From assembly GCA_965243025.1 (NCBI GenBank), contig CBDETY010000003.1, forward strand, positions 4,096,001 to 4,160,000: 64,000 bases of DNA, written 5' to 3'. Shown piece by piece: positions 24,910-34,717 of the stretch. Made by a program: the position numbers and the translations under genes. The first letter of the stretch is position 1. Each line of letters opens with the position of its first letter. Under the pieces are notes generated by a model. The model was given only the letters and a program-made list of their open reading frames with translations. It was not told where the DNA came from and did not search any database. This DNA is from Candidatus Latescibacterota bacterium (GTDB lineage Bacteria; Latescibacterota; UBA2968; UBA8231).

Positions 24910-25788
24910 CTAACCGTCCTTCCGTTCGACGCGGACCGTGCCGTCCTCATCCACCCGCAGGTACACCTCGTCCCCCGGGGCGGAGCAGGGGCCGAACATC
25001 ACCGCCCGCTGCTCGTCGTTCATGCCGTCGACGACCTCCTCAGGCCAGTAGCGCTCGGGCCGAAAGCCCCCGCGCGAAACCCCTCTCCGGGTGGCGGTGC
25101 GGCCGGCGTACTTGAACAGGATGGAGCGCCGCTCGTGGTCGGCGTTCCACCGCAGGGTGCCGTGAGTCTGGGCCCCGTCCATGAAGAACAGCACGTCCCC
25201 CGCCCCGGCCTCCGGCTGCTCGACGACGCCCATGTCGTCGTCGCACGACCGCACTCCCGCCGGCATCGGCTCGCGCGACTTGTGACTGCCGGGAACGCAG
25301 GCGAAGCCGCCGTCCCCGGCGCTCGCGTCCGCCAGGAACCAGGAGACGGTCACCCCCTGGCAGCGGGACTCGCCGGCCTGGTGGTGGTAGCCGACGTACG
25401 GCCGGTGGGGTTCGCCGGCCCCGTGCATCACCAGACCCTCCGTTCCTTTGACGCCGCCGATGAAGTGGGGGCCGTGGTCGAACCGGAACCCGGGCCCGCA
25501 CATGGCGTTGAGCCGGGCAACGACCTGCGGGTGGGCGAGCATCTCACGGAACGGATCGCAGTGCGGCTTCTCCAGGGTCAGCAGGACCATGTCGGTCTCA
25601 ATCGCCAGCCGCTGCGAGCCGGCCAGGGCCCGCGACTGCCCGGCGGAATCCATCCCGGGATCGAGGGGGTGGTTCTGCAGGCAGAAGTCGACCGCTTCGT
25701 TGGCCCTTCGCAGCTCTTCCGGGCCGAGGACGCCCTTGACGATCAGGTACCCCGTCAGGTCCCAGAAATACCGCTCCCGATCATCCAT
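24910..25788 (-). CDS. Phytanoyl-CoA dioxygenase (PhyH) family protein
   Basis: YFWDLTGYL, FRFDHGP, GGFACVPGSHK, GDVLFF...THGT. Confidence 0.9.
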   Translation of the reverse strand: MDDRERYFWDLTGYLIVKGVLGPEELRRANEAVDFCLQNHPLDPGMDSAGQSRALAGSQRLAIETDMVLLTLEKPHCDPFREMLAHPQVVARLNAMCGPGFRFDHGPHFIGGVKGTEGLVMHGAGEPHRPYVGYHHQAGESRCQGVTVSWFLADASAGDGGFACVPGSHKSREPMPAGVRSCDDDMGVVEQPEAGAGDVLFFMDGAQTHGTLRWNADHERRSILFKYAGRTATRRGVSRGGFRPERYWPEEVVDGMNDEQRAVMFGPCSAPGDEVYLRVDEDGTVRVERKDG

Positions 25789-25964
25789 GCCGGCCTCCTG
25801 TGCGGAAACGGACCGCCCCAGCCGGGCCTGGGAGCAGGAATCGGGGGAAGAAACCGCCCCCCGATAAGGTCACCCGGATGGAAGCGCGATCGCCACCCGC
25901 GAATGAACCTGCCCGGGAAGCGTCTCCCTGGGGCGCCGGGATTGGTGCGAGCCGGGACACGGTC

Positions 25965-26846
25965 TCACCTGTGTCCGGAGACGGAAACCGTGCGCCCGTC
26001 CGACTGGAGGACCGGCAGCTTCCCGCCGGTGTGGACGCCGGGGCCGAACAGCACCGCCTGCTGCTCGGGGGTCAGCTCCTCCGTCCACTCGCCGTAGCGC
26101 TCCCGGGGCGTGAAGAAGGGCCCGACGCTGCGCGCCGCCCCCCGCGAGGCGTACTTGTAGAGGACGGACCGCCGCTCTCCGGGGCCGCGCCAGGGCAGGG
26201 TGCCGTGGGTGGCGGTCTCGGCGAAGAAGAGCACGTCCCCCGCCCGCATCTGCGGCTGCACGACCAGCCCCATGTCGTCCTCTGCCGAGCGCACCTCCGC
26301 GGGGGTTGGCTCCCGCGACTTGTGGCTTCCCGGGACGATGGCGAAACCGCCGGCGCCGGCTTCGACGTCGGTGAGCTGCCAAGCGACGGTGACGCCGCGG
26401 CAGTAGATGCGGCCGTTCTGGTGGTGATACCAGGTCGCCGCAGCGAACGGCTCTCCGGCCCCGTGGAGGGCGTGCCCCTCGGTGCCGGGGGCGGCGGCGA
26501 TCAGGGTGGGTCCGTGGTCGAGGCGGAAGCCGCGGCCGCTGATCTCGTTCAGCCGCGACACCACCACGGGGTGGACGAGCAGCCTGCGGAACGGCTCGCG
26601 CCAGGGCGCCGGCCACCCGAGCATTCCGGTGAGCTCGCGCCGGCCGCGGTTGCCCCGGAGCGCCTGCGAGCCGCGGGCGAGGCCGCCTCCCTCGACGGAG
26701 CGCTCCGTAATCTGCCCGGCGAAGCGGTCGATGGCGGCGTTGCACCCGGCTGTCTCCTCCGCGGTCAGGACATCCCGCACCACGAGGTACCCCCGCAGGT
26801 CGAAGTAGTACTTCTCCTCGGCGGTCATCCGGCAGCGGTCGCTCAT
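25965..26846 (-). CDS. Phytanoyl-CoA dioxygenase (PhyH) family protein, tandem paralogue
   Basis: YYFDLRGYL, FRLDHGP, GGFAIVPGSHK, GDVLFF...THGT. Confidence 0.9.
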   Translation of the reverse strand: MSDRCRMTAEEKYYFDLRGYLVVRDVLTAEETAGCNAAIDRFAGQITERSVEGGGLARGSQALRGNRGRRELTGMLGWPAPWREPFRRLLVHPVVVSRLNEISGRGFRLDHGPTLIAAAPGTEGHALHGAGEPFAAATWYHHQNGRIYCRGVTVAWQLTDVEAGAGGFAIVPGSHKSREPTPAEVRSAEDDMGLVVQPQMRAGDVLFFAETATHGTLPWRGPGERRSVLYKYASRGAARSVGPFFTPRERYGEWTEELTPEQQAVLFGPGVHTGGKLPVLQSDGRTVSVSGHR

Positions 26847-26889
26847 GCCGTCGCTTCCGCGGCGCCCCCCGCCATCGAGCTCAACCCGA

Positions 26890-28527
26890 TCACGGGAGCG
26901 ACCTCGGAATCTCCTCTTCTTCCTTCGTCATCACCTCGATCACCGCCGGCCGGCCCTCGCGGTTGGCGGCGATGCCGCGGCGCAGGGCGGCCCCGACCTC
27001 TTCCGGGTCGTCGACCCGTTCCGCGTACGCCCCGAGCGCCGCGCTGACCGCGGCGTAGTCTCCCCCCAGGCGGTTGCTGCCCCAGCGTTCCGTCGCCAGC
27101 GGCATGTGCTCGTGGTAGTGGGTCATCACGCCGTTGTTCAGCACCACCGTGAGGATCGGTATCCCGGCGCGGGCCGCGGTCTCGATGTCGAGGCCGGCCA
27201 TGCCGAAGGCGGCGTCCCCCATGACGTTGACGACCTGCTTGTCCGGGGCCGCGAGCTTGGCCCCGAGGGCGAGGCCGAGGCCGTACCCGAGCTGCGTCGA
27301 CTTGCCCCAGCCCATGTAGCTGCGCGGCGTCGTCGACTGCCAGAAGGGGGCGAGCTGATCGCGGGGAAACCCGGAGTCGTGGGTGATGATGGTATTGGCG
27401 ACGTCGACCGCCGAGGCGATCTCGGTGAAGACGCGGTAGGGGCTGACCGGCACCTCGTTCGAGGTCAGGCGCGGTTTCCACTCCGCCATGAAGCCCGCCT
27501 GAATGCGGGCGATCTCCCCGGCGACCCCGAAGGAATCCCGCCCCTGCTCGCCGAACTGCCGCTTCGCTTCCTCGATCGCCTGCAGCAGGACCAGCCGGGC
27601 GTCGCCCACGGCGCCGTAGCTGACGGCATGGTACTTGTTGACGTCCTCGAGGCAGTTGGTGATCTGCGCCAGCACCGGCCCTTCGGGTATCGCCGCGTTG
27701 AGATTGGCCGGGGTGAAGCTGGTGCCGACCCCGAGGATGAAGTCCGCGTTCGCGAGAAAACGGCCGGCCATGTCGGTTCCGGAGCTGCCGTAGTACCCCA
27801 GCGACAGGGGGTGGTCCTCGGGAAAGCCGCTCTTGCCGGCCAGCGTCATCATCACCGGCACCGCGGCCAGCTCGGCGAAACGGGCCAGCTCCTCGCTGGC
27901 CTCCGCCCAGAGCACGCCGTGGCCGGCGATGATCATCGGCCGCTCCGCCTTGCCCAGGGCGGCCACCAGGTCGCGCACGTCCTCGGAAGCCGCGGCGGAC
28001 CTGAGCCTGGCGACCGGGGTGTACTCCAGCTCGCCCGGGAACTCCTCGAGGCCGACGTCGCGCAGGATCTCGAGCAGCACCGGCGCGGGGCGGCCGTTCT
28101 TGAGCAGGGTGAAGGCGCGGCGCATCAGCTCGGGAACCCGGGTGACGAGGTTGATCTCGGCCGCCCACTTGGTGATCAGCCGGTAGTTCTCCACCGACTC
28201 GAAGTGGGGGTGCACCTGGGTCCGCTGCCGCGACTGCCCCCCCGGCAGCAGCAGGATCGGGATCGAGTCGGCGAAGGCCTGGGCGACGCCGCCGAGGGCG
28301 TTCTCCGCGCCCGGTCCCGTCTGCATGGTGAAGACGCCGAAACGGGACTGGTTCAAAGTGCGGCTGTACCCGTCCGCCATGTTGACGCCGGTGCGCTCGT
28401 GGCGGCAGATGATCGGCCGGATCTCTTCCTCGACGAGCGCATCGATCAGCGGCTGTTCCGGAAACGCCGCGGCCCAGTCGACTCCCTCGGCCCTGAGGAT
28501 TCTTGCGATTGCGCGGTTGCCGTTCAC
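26890..28527 (-). CDS. Thiamine diphosphate-dependent enzyme (acetolactate synthase-like family)
   Basis: GTG start at 28527, CRHERTGVNMADGY, GPGAEN, GDAAFGM...LNN ThDP motif. Confidence 0.9.
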   Translation of the reverse strand: MNGNRAIARILRAEGVDWAAAFPEQPLIDALVEEEIRPIICRHERTGVNMADGYSRTLNQSRFGVFTMQTGPGAENALGGVAQAFADSIPILLLPGGQSRQRTQVHPHFESVENYRLITKWAAEINLVTRVPELMRRAFTLLKNGRPAPVLLEILRDVGLEEFPGELEYTPVARLRSAAASEDVRDLVAALGKAERPMIIAGHGVLWAEASEELARFAELAAVPVMMTLAGKSGFPEDHPLSLGYYGSSGTDMAGRFLANADFILGVGTSFTPANLNAAIPEGPVLAQITNCLEDVNKYHAVSYGAVGDARLVLLQAIEEAKRQFGEQGRDSFGVAGEIARIQAGFMAEWKPRLTSNEVPVSPYRVFTEIASAVDVANTIITHDSGFPRDQLAPFWQSTTPRSYMGWGKSTQLGYGLGLALGAKLAAPDKQVVNVMGDAAFGMAGLDIETAARAGIPILTVVLNNGVMTHYHEHMPLATERWGSNRLGGDYAAVSAALGAYAERVDDPEEVGAALRRGIAANREGRPAVIEVMTKEEEEIPRSLP

Positions 28528-30422
28528 TGTCGTCCTCCCGTGCGGAAGTAGGTGTCGGTGATTGCGTCCGGTGGCGGAGGCGTCGCGCGGGCGACGAGCC
28601 AGGTGCCGGCGAAGGATACGGCGAGCCCGGCGAGGATCGGATCGAGGTTGAATATACGGACCGGCTGGAAGAAGCTGCCGTTGACGAAGATGCCGGCCGC
28701 GTACATCGCCAGGTGGGCGGCGAACCCGGCGGCCATGCCGGCGGCGCACCCCTGGACGTTGGCGCGCGGCCAGTAGAGGGCGAACACGGTCGGGCCGAGG
28801 AAACAGGCGGCCAGGCCGCTGCCGGTGTAGACGATGATATCCTGCAGGAACTGCGGCGGATCGACCGCCCCGGCCATCGCCGCGACCCCGACCAGCAGGG
28901 TGACGAGATAGCTGAGGGCCCGGATGCGGCCCTGCCCGACCCCGGGGTTGACGTTGCGCTGGTACACGTCCCGCACCAGGGCGGAGGAGATCATCAGCAG
29001 GAAGCTGTCGACCGTCGACATCACCGCGGCGAACGGGGCCGCTACCAGCAGTCCGCCGAGCCAGGCGACGCCGGCGTTCTCGGTCAGGTAGATGGCGACC
29101 GCCGGCATGATGCGGTCCGACTCGGTCTCCATCCCCGGCAGCAGGATGCGGGCGCAGCAGAAGATGATGACCAGGGGGAAGTAGATCATCGAGTAGTAGA
29201 AGGCGACGGTGACTATCGAGCGCATCAGCGTCCGCGAGCTGCGGAAGGCCATCAGCCGCACGTAGTGGGCGGGCTGCCCGGTGCCGGCGATCGCCCACAT
29301 GAAGAAGAAGGAGAACGCCAGGCTCAGCGGCAGGAAGCCGTCCGCCGAGCTGCGGCTGGGGCCGGGTCCGGAGACGTAGACTCCCGGCTGTCCGGCGCCG
29401 TGCGCGTAGGGCTCGAGGTCGAGGCCGGAGAGCAGGAGGTCGCTTTCCACGAGGCCGAGATCGGCGCTGAGGCGGGCGATCTCGCCGGGGGCGGTCACCT
29501 CGAGCAGGGAGACTTCGACCGGTTCTCCCGGGGCGGCGTCGACCGCCCGGGTGACGCGGAACAGCTCGGGTCCGCCCGAACCTTGCTCGCGGTAGATCCA
29601 GTGGCCGGAGGGGATGCGGGCGGCCTGCCGCGGCTCGGGCAGCTGCAGGGTGGCGGTGCCGATGCGCGGCGGCGTCATCTCCGCCAGCGACCGCGTCGCC
29701 TGCCGCAGGCCCCCGACCTCCCCGAGGGTCAGCGGCAGCATGATCATGACCCCTGCCACCATCGCCGCTCCCTGCAGCACGTCGGTCCAGACGACGGCGT
29801 GAAAGCCGCCGTACGTGGTGTAGAGGATGACGACGAGACCGAAGGCGGCCAGGCAGACCATGTACCCCGGATCGACGGAGCCGCCCCAGGCGCTGGCCGC
29901 CGGCGCCGCGCCGCGGGCGAGGTCCTGAAAGGCCGGCACGTCGGCGAGCAGAGTCTGGAGAATCAGGCTCCCCGCCTTGAACTGGGCGACGAGGTTGAAG
30001 GCCATGAAGAAGACGATGAGACCGGTCGCCAGCAGGCCGAAGCCGGGGCTGGCGAAGCGGTCGCGGAAGACGTCGGGGACGGTGATGGCCCCGGAGATGC
30101 GCGCCACCTGGTTCAGGCGCTTGCCGATCAGGCCCATCATGCAGATCGGCACCACCATGTAGCTGCCGATCCACAGCGCCAGGATCCAGCCGTGGGTGTA
30201 GATCTTGGAGGGGAACCCGGTGAAGCTGCCCCCCGAGGAGCTGGTCGCCGCGAAGGTCAGGGCGAAGGCCCAGACTCCGAGGCTGCGGCTGCCGAGGAAG
30301 TACTCGCCGAGGAAGCTGCGGTTCCTCAGCAGGCGGTTGGCCAGCGCCGCGAGGAAGAGGACGCCGCCGATGTAGACGAGGAACGTCCACAGGGCGGCGT
30401 TGGAACCGCCGGCGCCGGTCAA
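28524..30422 (-). CDS. Sodium:solute symporter (PanF-like)
   Basis: EYFLGSRSLG, YTTYGGFHAVVWTDVLQG, AAVMSTVDS. Confidence 0.9.
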   Translation of the reverse strand: MTGAGGSNAALWTFLVYIGGVLFLAALANRLLRNRSFLGEYFLGSRSLGVWAFALTFAATSSSGGSFTGFPSKIYTHGWILALWIGSYMVVPICMMGLIGKRLNQVARISGAITVPDVFRDRFASPGFGLLATGLIVFFMAFNLVAQFKAGSLILQTLLADVPAFQDLARGAAPAASAWGGSVDPGYMVCLAAFGLVVILYTTYGGFHAVVWTDVLQGAAMVAGVMIMLPLTLGEVGGLRQATRSLAEMTPPRIGTATLQLPEPRQAARIPSGHWIYREQGSGGPELFRVTRAVDAAPGEPVEVSLLEVTAPGEIARLSADLGLVESDLLLSGLDLEPYAHGAGQPGVYVSGPGPSRSSADGFLPLSLAFSFFFMWAIAGTGQPAHYVRLMAFRSSRTLMRSIVTVAFYYSMIYFPLVIIFCCARILLPGMETESDRIMPAVAIYLTENAGVAWLGGLLVAAPFAAVMSTVDSFLLMISSALVRDVYQRNVNPGVGQGRIRALSYLVTLLVGVAAMAGAVDPPQFLQDIIVYTGSGLAACFLGPTVFALYWPRANVQGCAAGMAAGFAAHLAMYAAGIFVNGSFFQPVRIFNLDPILAGLAVSFAGTWLVARATPPPPDAITDTYFRTGGRQ

Positions 30423-30721
30423 CTCCCCTGCTCCGGGCCGGCCGCGGACGCTTCGAGCGGGTCGTCCTCCATGAACCGGAAGCAGAACCAGACGGTGAAG
30501 GCGTTGGCGAGGATCCAGGGCGCGCCGATGCCCCAGAAGGCCCAGGAGGGAATGCCGAACATCGTGGCCGGCTCCCCGCCGGCGCCGTACCCGGTCAGGT
30601 AGCAGAAGGGAACGGCCCAGGCGAGCGCGGCGAGCCAGACCGCGAAGATCACCAGGGCCTCGCGGCGGGCGTGCAGGAAGACCGGGTCCCAGCCGCTGCG
30701 TTTGTCGGATTCGTCAGGCAT
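30419..30721 (-). CDS. DUF997/YhdT-like small membrane protein
   Basis: HARREALVI...GIPSWAFWG, two TM segments, coupled to the symporter. Confidence 0.8.
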   Translation of the reverse strand: MPDESDKRSGWDPVFLHARREALVIFAVWLAALAWAVPFCYLTGYGAGGEPATMFGIPSWAFWGIGAPWILANAFTVWFCFRFMEDDPLEASAAGPEQGS

Positions 30722-30952
30722 CACCGCGGGGCCTCCATCTATCGGGGATCCGCCGTAGGGCCGCGGGAAAATCGCCTTGATGGAAGGACCGGACAATCGG
30801 CGCCGGGATGGAGGCGGGCGCACAGCAGCGCCGCGGCCGTCTCCCCCCGGCAGGATGGAGCGGCGGTCCCGCCGGGCGGGATGCGCGCCGGGCGCCAGGG
30901 CTCCGGCATCCCGGAACGGGGGCCGTACCCGTGGGGGATGACGGCAGGGTAA

Positions 30953-33700
30953 TCAGCCCGTGGGGCCGCCTGCCCCGAGGCTCTCGACCAGGCGCTCGCG
31001 GATACTCTCCATCAGCTGGTAGCTGACGATCTTCTGGCCCTTGCCGTCGACGACGTAGAAGGCGTCCCTGGCGCGGTCGGCGACCGTTGTGATGATGGCG
31101 GTGTGGACGTCGAGATCGAACTCCGCCAGCAGGCTGGTGATGGCGTAGAGCACACCGACGCCGTTCTGGACGTCGGTGTCGACGACGGTGAACTCCTCGG
31201 AGACCTGGTTCTCGAAATCGATCACCGGGGTGCGCACCGGGAGGTTGCGGCGGCGGCGGAGCCAGTTCTCGCTGTACTGCCGGAACAGATCCTCGACGTC
31301 GCTGATGCCGGCGATCACCTCCTGCAGCTGCGCGGCCACCCGGTCCCGCTTCCAGTCCGGCAGCTCCGCGGTGCCGTCGACGTCGGTCACCTGGAAGACG
31401 TCGAGGGCGACGCCGTCGTCGCGGGTGTTCACCCCGGCCCGGAGGATGTCGATGTCGTGCACGGACAGCACCCCGCAGATCTTCGCCAGCAGGTGGGGCT
31501 GGTCGCGGGCGCAGACCAGCACCTCGGTGTGGCTGGGGTGGTCGACGAAGCCGGCGGCGATCCCCTGTTTGCCTTCTTCGGCGAGGAAGGCGTCGACCGC
31601 CTCGAGGTGGCGCTCGATCTCGCCGCGGCCGTACGCGGACAGGTAGCGGCCGGGGAGCGCTTCGACGTGCGCCTGGAAGGCCTTGACCTTCGAGGCGGGC
31701 CAGGAGCCGGCGATCTCCTTGAGATGGCGGTCGAGGGCCTGGCGGGCGTACTGCCGGTCCTCGAGGGTCTTCAGCCCCGACTCGAGCTGCTCCAGGGTCT
31801 TGCGGTAGAGCTCCCGGAGCAGGGCGCCGTGCCAGTCGTTCCAGGCGTCGCTGGCGACCGCGGACAGGTCGGCGTAGGAAAGCAGGTAGAGGGCGTTCAG
31901 CCAGTCGGGGTTGGCGAACCTGTCGGCGAACTCGGCGATCATGCGGTTGTCGTCGAGGTCGCGCCGCTGCGAGATCAGGACCATCTCCTGGTGGTTCTCG
32001 ACGAGGAAGAGGACGAAGCGGCGGTCCGCCTCGGGCAGCTGCAGGCGCTCGAGGAGCTCCGTCGTCATCTCGACGCCGCAGGAGATGTGCTCCTGCCGCC
32101 GCGACTTTCCGACGTCGTGCAGGAGGATGCCGAGCACCAGCAGGTCGCGCCGCTCCAGGGCGTCGTACACCCGTTTCAGGCTCGAATCCCCCTCCCGCTT
32201 CGACAGGGCCTCGAGGTTCTCCAGGGCGACCAGGGTGTGCTCGTCGACGGTGTAGAGGTGGAAGATGTCGTACTGGACGAGGCAGGTCAGCGAGCCGAAC
32301 TCCGGCAGGTAGGCGCCCAGCACTCCGAGCTCGTGCATCGACCTCATGGCCGCGGCGACCCGCTGCTTGCGGCGGATGACGGCCGAGAAGATCGCCCTCG
32401 CGTCGGGGCTGCGGCGGAAGCCGTCGTCGATCAGGTCGAGGGACTGCAGGATGCAGCGCTGCGCCTGCTCCCCCAGACGCATGCTCCTGCTCTGGGCGAG
32501 AGCGAATATCCGCAGCAGCCGCAGCGGTTCCTCGCGGAAGTAGGCCTCGCCGTCCGGCAGCGATATCTCGCCGTCTACCGCCACCACCCCTTCCTCGAGC
32601 AGCAGGCGGCGGCTGCGGCGCCGCGGCTTGTCGACGACGCGCTCGAAACCGAGCTCGACCAGGTGGAAGACGCCGCGGGCGTGCAGGTAGTAGTCGCGCA
32701 TGAAGTGTTCGGAGGCCAGCTCGAGCCCGCGGTCCTCACCGAGCCGGTCGGCGGCCCCGACCCGGTGCCGGGGGTCGCCGTTGCCGCCTTCCCGGGCGGA
32801 CCCTCCCGCCGGCTCCTCCCCGCCGACGGCGCGGTCGCCGTACCCCAGGGCCGCGGCGATCGCGGTCTTGTGCTCGAAATCGAGGACGTCGTGCTTGCGC
32901 CCCATCGCGAAGTGCAGCTGGTGGCGGACCCGCCACAGGAAGTCGCGCCCCGCGGCCAGGGTCTCGACGTCCTCGGCGTCGAGGAAGCGCGGCCACACCT
33001 TGGCGAGATCCGGTCCGCCGCGCGCCTTCAGGGCCCACTCGAGCAGGTGGATCTCGCGCAGGCCGCCGGCGCTCTCCTTGACGTTCGGCTCGAGCACCTG
33101 CACCCGGCCGGAGCTCTCCTTGCGGGAGCGCCGCAGCGCCGCGAGCCGGTTCACCGTCTTCTTCGGCAAGCCCGCGAACAGCCGCTTACGAAACTTTTCG
33201 AACAGCTCGCGGTCCCCGGCGAGGAAGCGCCCGTCCAGCATGGCGGTGCAGGACTCCATGTCGCCGCGGGTCATGCGCACCGACTCGGTGACCGTGCGGC
33301 TTCCGTGGCCGATGTCGAAACCGACGTCCCACAGGGGATGCAGCACTCCCGAGATCAGCCCGGCGCTCTTGTCCTTCTCCCTGTCGAACAGGAACAGCAG
33401 GTCGACGTCGGAACAGGGGGACATCTCCCGGCGGCCGTACCCCCCAAGGGCCACCAGGGCGTACGGCGGCGGATCGGCCGCATCCCCCGCCGCCTCCCGG
33501 TACGCGTCGAGGACGATGGCGTCGGTTGTGTCGGCGATGGCGCGGGCGATCGCAAGCCCCCCCTCCCCGCCCCGGTGGCGTTCCTCGATCTGCTCGATCC
33601 GGGCTGTGCGGAACTCCCGGCGCGCCTCCAGGGCATTGCCGCCGGCGCGGGCTTCCCGCAGCTCCCGTTCGAGTTCGGACAGTTCGGTCTCTTTCATCAT
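30953..33700 (-). CDS. glnD: [Protein-PII] uridylyltransferase
   Basis: ALGGYGRREMSPCSDVD, EPNVKESAGGLRE, FHLYTVDEH, LLHDVGK, two C-terminal ACT domains. Confidence 0.95.
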   Translation of the reverse strand: MMKETELSELERELREARAGGNALEARREFRTARIEQIEERHRGGEGGLAIARAIADTTDAIVLDAYREAAGDAADPPPYALVALGGYGRREMSPCSDVDLLFLFDREKDKSAGLISGVLHPLWDVGFDIGHGSRTVTESVRMTRGDMESCTAMLDGRFLAGDRELFEKFRKRLFAGLPKKTVNRLAALRRSRKESSGRVQVLEPNVKESAGGLREIHLLEWALKARGGPDLAKVWPRFLDAEDVETLAAGRDFLWRVRHQLHFAMGRKHDVLDFEHKTAIAAALGYGDRAVGGEEPAGGSAREGGNGDPRHRVGAADRLGEDRGLELASEHFMRDYYLHARGVFHLVELGFERVVDKPRRRSRRLLLEEGVVAVDGEISLPDGEAYFREEPLRLLRIFALAQSRSMRLGEQAQRCILQSLDLIDDGFRRSPDARAIFSAVIRRKQRVAAAMRSMHELGVLGAYLPEFGSLTCLVQYDIFHLYTVDEHTLVALENLEALSKREGDSSLKRVYDALERRDLLVLGILLHDVGKSRRQEHISCGVEMTTELLERLQLPEADRRFVLFLVENHQEMVLISQRRDLDDNRMIAEFADRFANPDWLNALYLLSYADLSAVASDAWNDWHGALLRELYRKTLEQLESGLKTLEDRQYARQALDRHLKEIAGSWPASKVKAFQAHVEALPGRYLSAYGRGEIERHLEAVDAFLAEEGKQGIAAGFVDHPSHTEVLVCARDQPHLLAKICGVLSVHDIDILRAGVNTRDDGVALDVFQVTDVDGTAELPDWKRDRVAAQLQEVIAGISDVEDLFRQYSENWLRRRRNLPVRTPVIDFENQVSEEFTVVDTDVQNGVGVLYAITSLLAEFDLDVHTAIITTVADRARDAFYVVDGKGQKIVSYQLMESIRERLVESLGAGGPTG

Positions 33701-33740
33701 AATCGCTCGATAATCGCTCGCTCGCGGGCAGCCGGTGGGG

Positions 33741-34604
33741 CTACTCCACCGGAATCTCGTCGTTGAAGACCTGGGTGCGCTTCATCAGGCGGCGCTGGTC
33801 CGGGGGAAAGGGGAGCCGCCGGTGCATGGTGGGGCGGTTGTCGAAGAGGACGACGTCCCCGACCTGCCACTCGTGGGTCCAGACGAAGCGGGGCTGCTCG
33901 AGGTGGGCGTAGAGCCCGGCGAGCAGGGCCTCGCTCTCCTGCCGGTCGAGGCCGACTACGTAGCGCGTCAGGTGGGGGCCGACGTAGAGGGAGCGCCGTC
34001 CGGTCTCGGGGTGGGTGCGCACGACCGGGTGGGCGACGTGCTCGGGAGGGTTCTGCGCCTCGACGTAGTGGCGGTGCACGGCCCTCATCCCTTTCAGGCG
34101 GGACTTCATGGCATCGGCGAGTTCCTCGTAGGCCGAGGTGCAGTTGCACCACTGGGTCTGGCCGCCGGTCGTGGGTACCTCCAGCGCGTAGAGCACGGAG
34201 AGGGTGCCGGGCCGCTCGAGGTAGGAAAGATCGGAGTGGAAGGGGATCAGCTCGTCACCCAGCTCCCCTATCGGCTCGCCGTTCTCCCTGATGTTGGATA
34301 TGAGGAAGATCTCCTTGACCCGCCGCGGGCGCTGCTTGCGGACATGGGGCACCGGCTTGCCGAAAAATGCGGTGAAGCGCACCAGGTCCTCGTCGCTGAG
34401 CCGCTGCCGGCGGAAGAAGACGACTCCGTGGTCGAGCAGGGCGCGGCGCACCCGGACGACCCCGGCCGGGGTCAGCGGCTCGGCCAGGTCGCATCCGGCG
34501 ATCTCGGCCCCGAGGGCGCCGCCGGTCGGCCGCACGCAAAGGCCGTCCCCGCGTTCCGCAGCCGCGAGCGCCGAAGTCGAGGGCTGTATCTCCTGATCTT
34601 CCAT
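33741..34604 (-). CDS. TauD/TfdA family 2-oxoglutarate dioxygenase
   Basis: GALGAEI.G.DL, FHSDLSY, HPVVRTHPETGR, FDNRPTMHR. Confidence 0.9.
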   Translation of the reverse strand: MEDQEIQPSTSALAAAERGDGLCVRPTGGALGAEIAGCDLAEPLTPAGVVRVRRALLDHGVVFFRRQRLSDEDLVRFTAFFGKPVPHVRKQRPRRVKEIFLISNIRENGEPIGELGDELIPFHSDLSYLERPGTLSVLYALEVPTTGGQTQWCNCTSAYEELADAMKSRLKGMRAVHRHYVEAQNPPEHVAHPVVRTHPETGRRSLYVGPHLTRYVVGLDRQESEALLAGLYAHLEQPRFVWTHEWQVGDVVLFDNRPTMHRRLPFPPDQRRLMKRTQVFNDEIPVE

Positions 34605-34614
34605 GGTTTGATCG

Positions 34615-34690
34615 AGGGTAGAGGCTGATTTTTCGAGTGTCAAGGCGGACCTGTTTGCGGTTGACTTGGTTGCAGTCGGCCTTCTACAAT
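34615..34690. promoter_or_regulatory. Back-to-back divergent sigma70 promoters
   Basis: Minus strand: TTGACA-17-TACCCT (34643-34615). Plus strand: TTGACT-18-TACAAT (34661-34690). Confidence 0.65.
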
Positions 34691-34717
34691 TCGGGCGGAA
34701 CCTTCGAAGGAGAAGCC

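Noticed and set aside
26890-30390. 1166-aa ORF suggesting a giant fusion
   Set aside because: Only 26890-28527 is the ThDP enzyme. The rest is an off-frame overlay of the symporter caused by stop scarcity at high GC.
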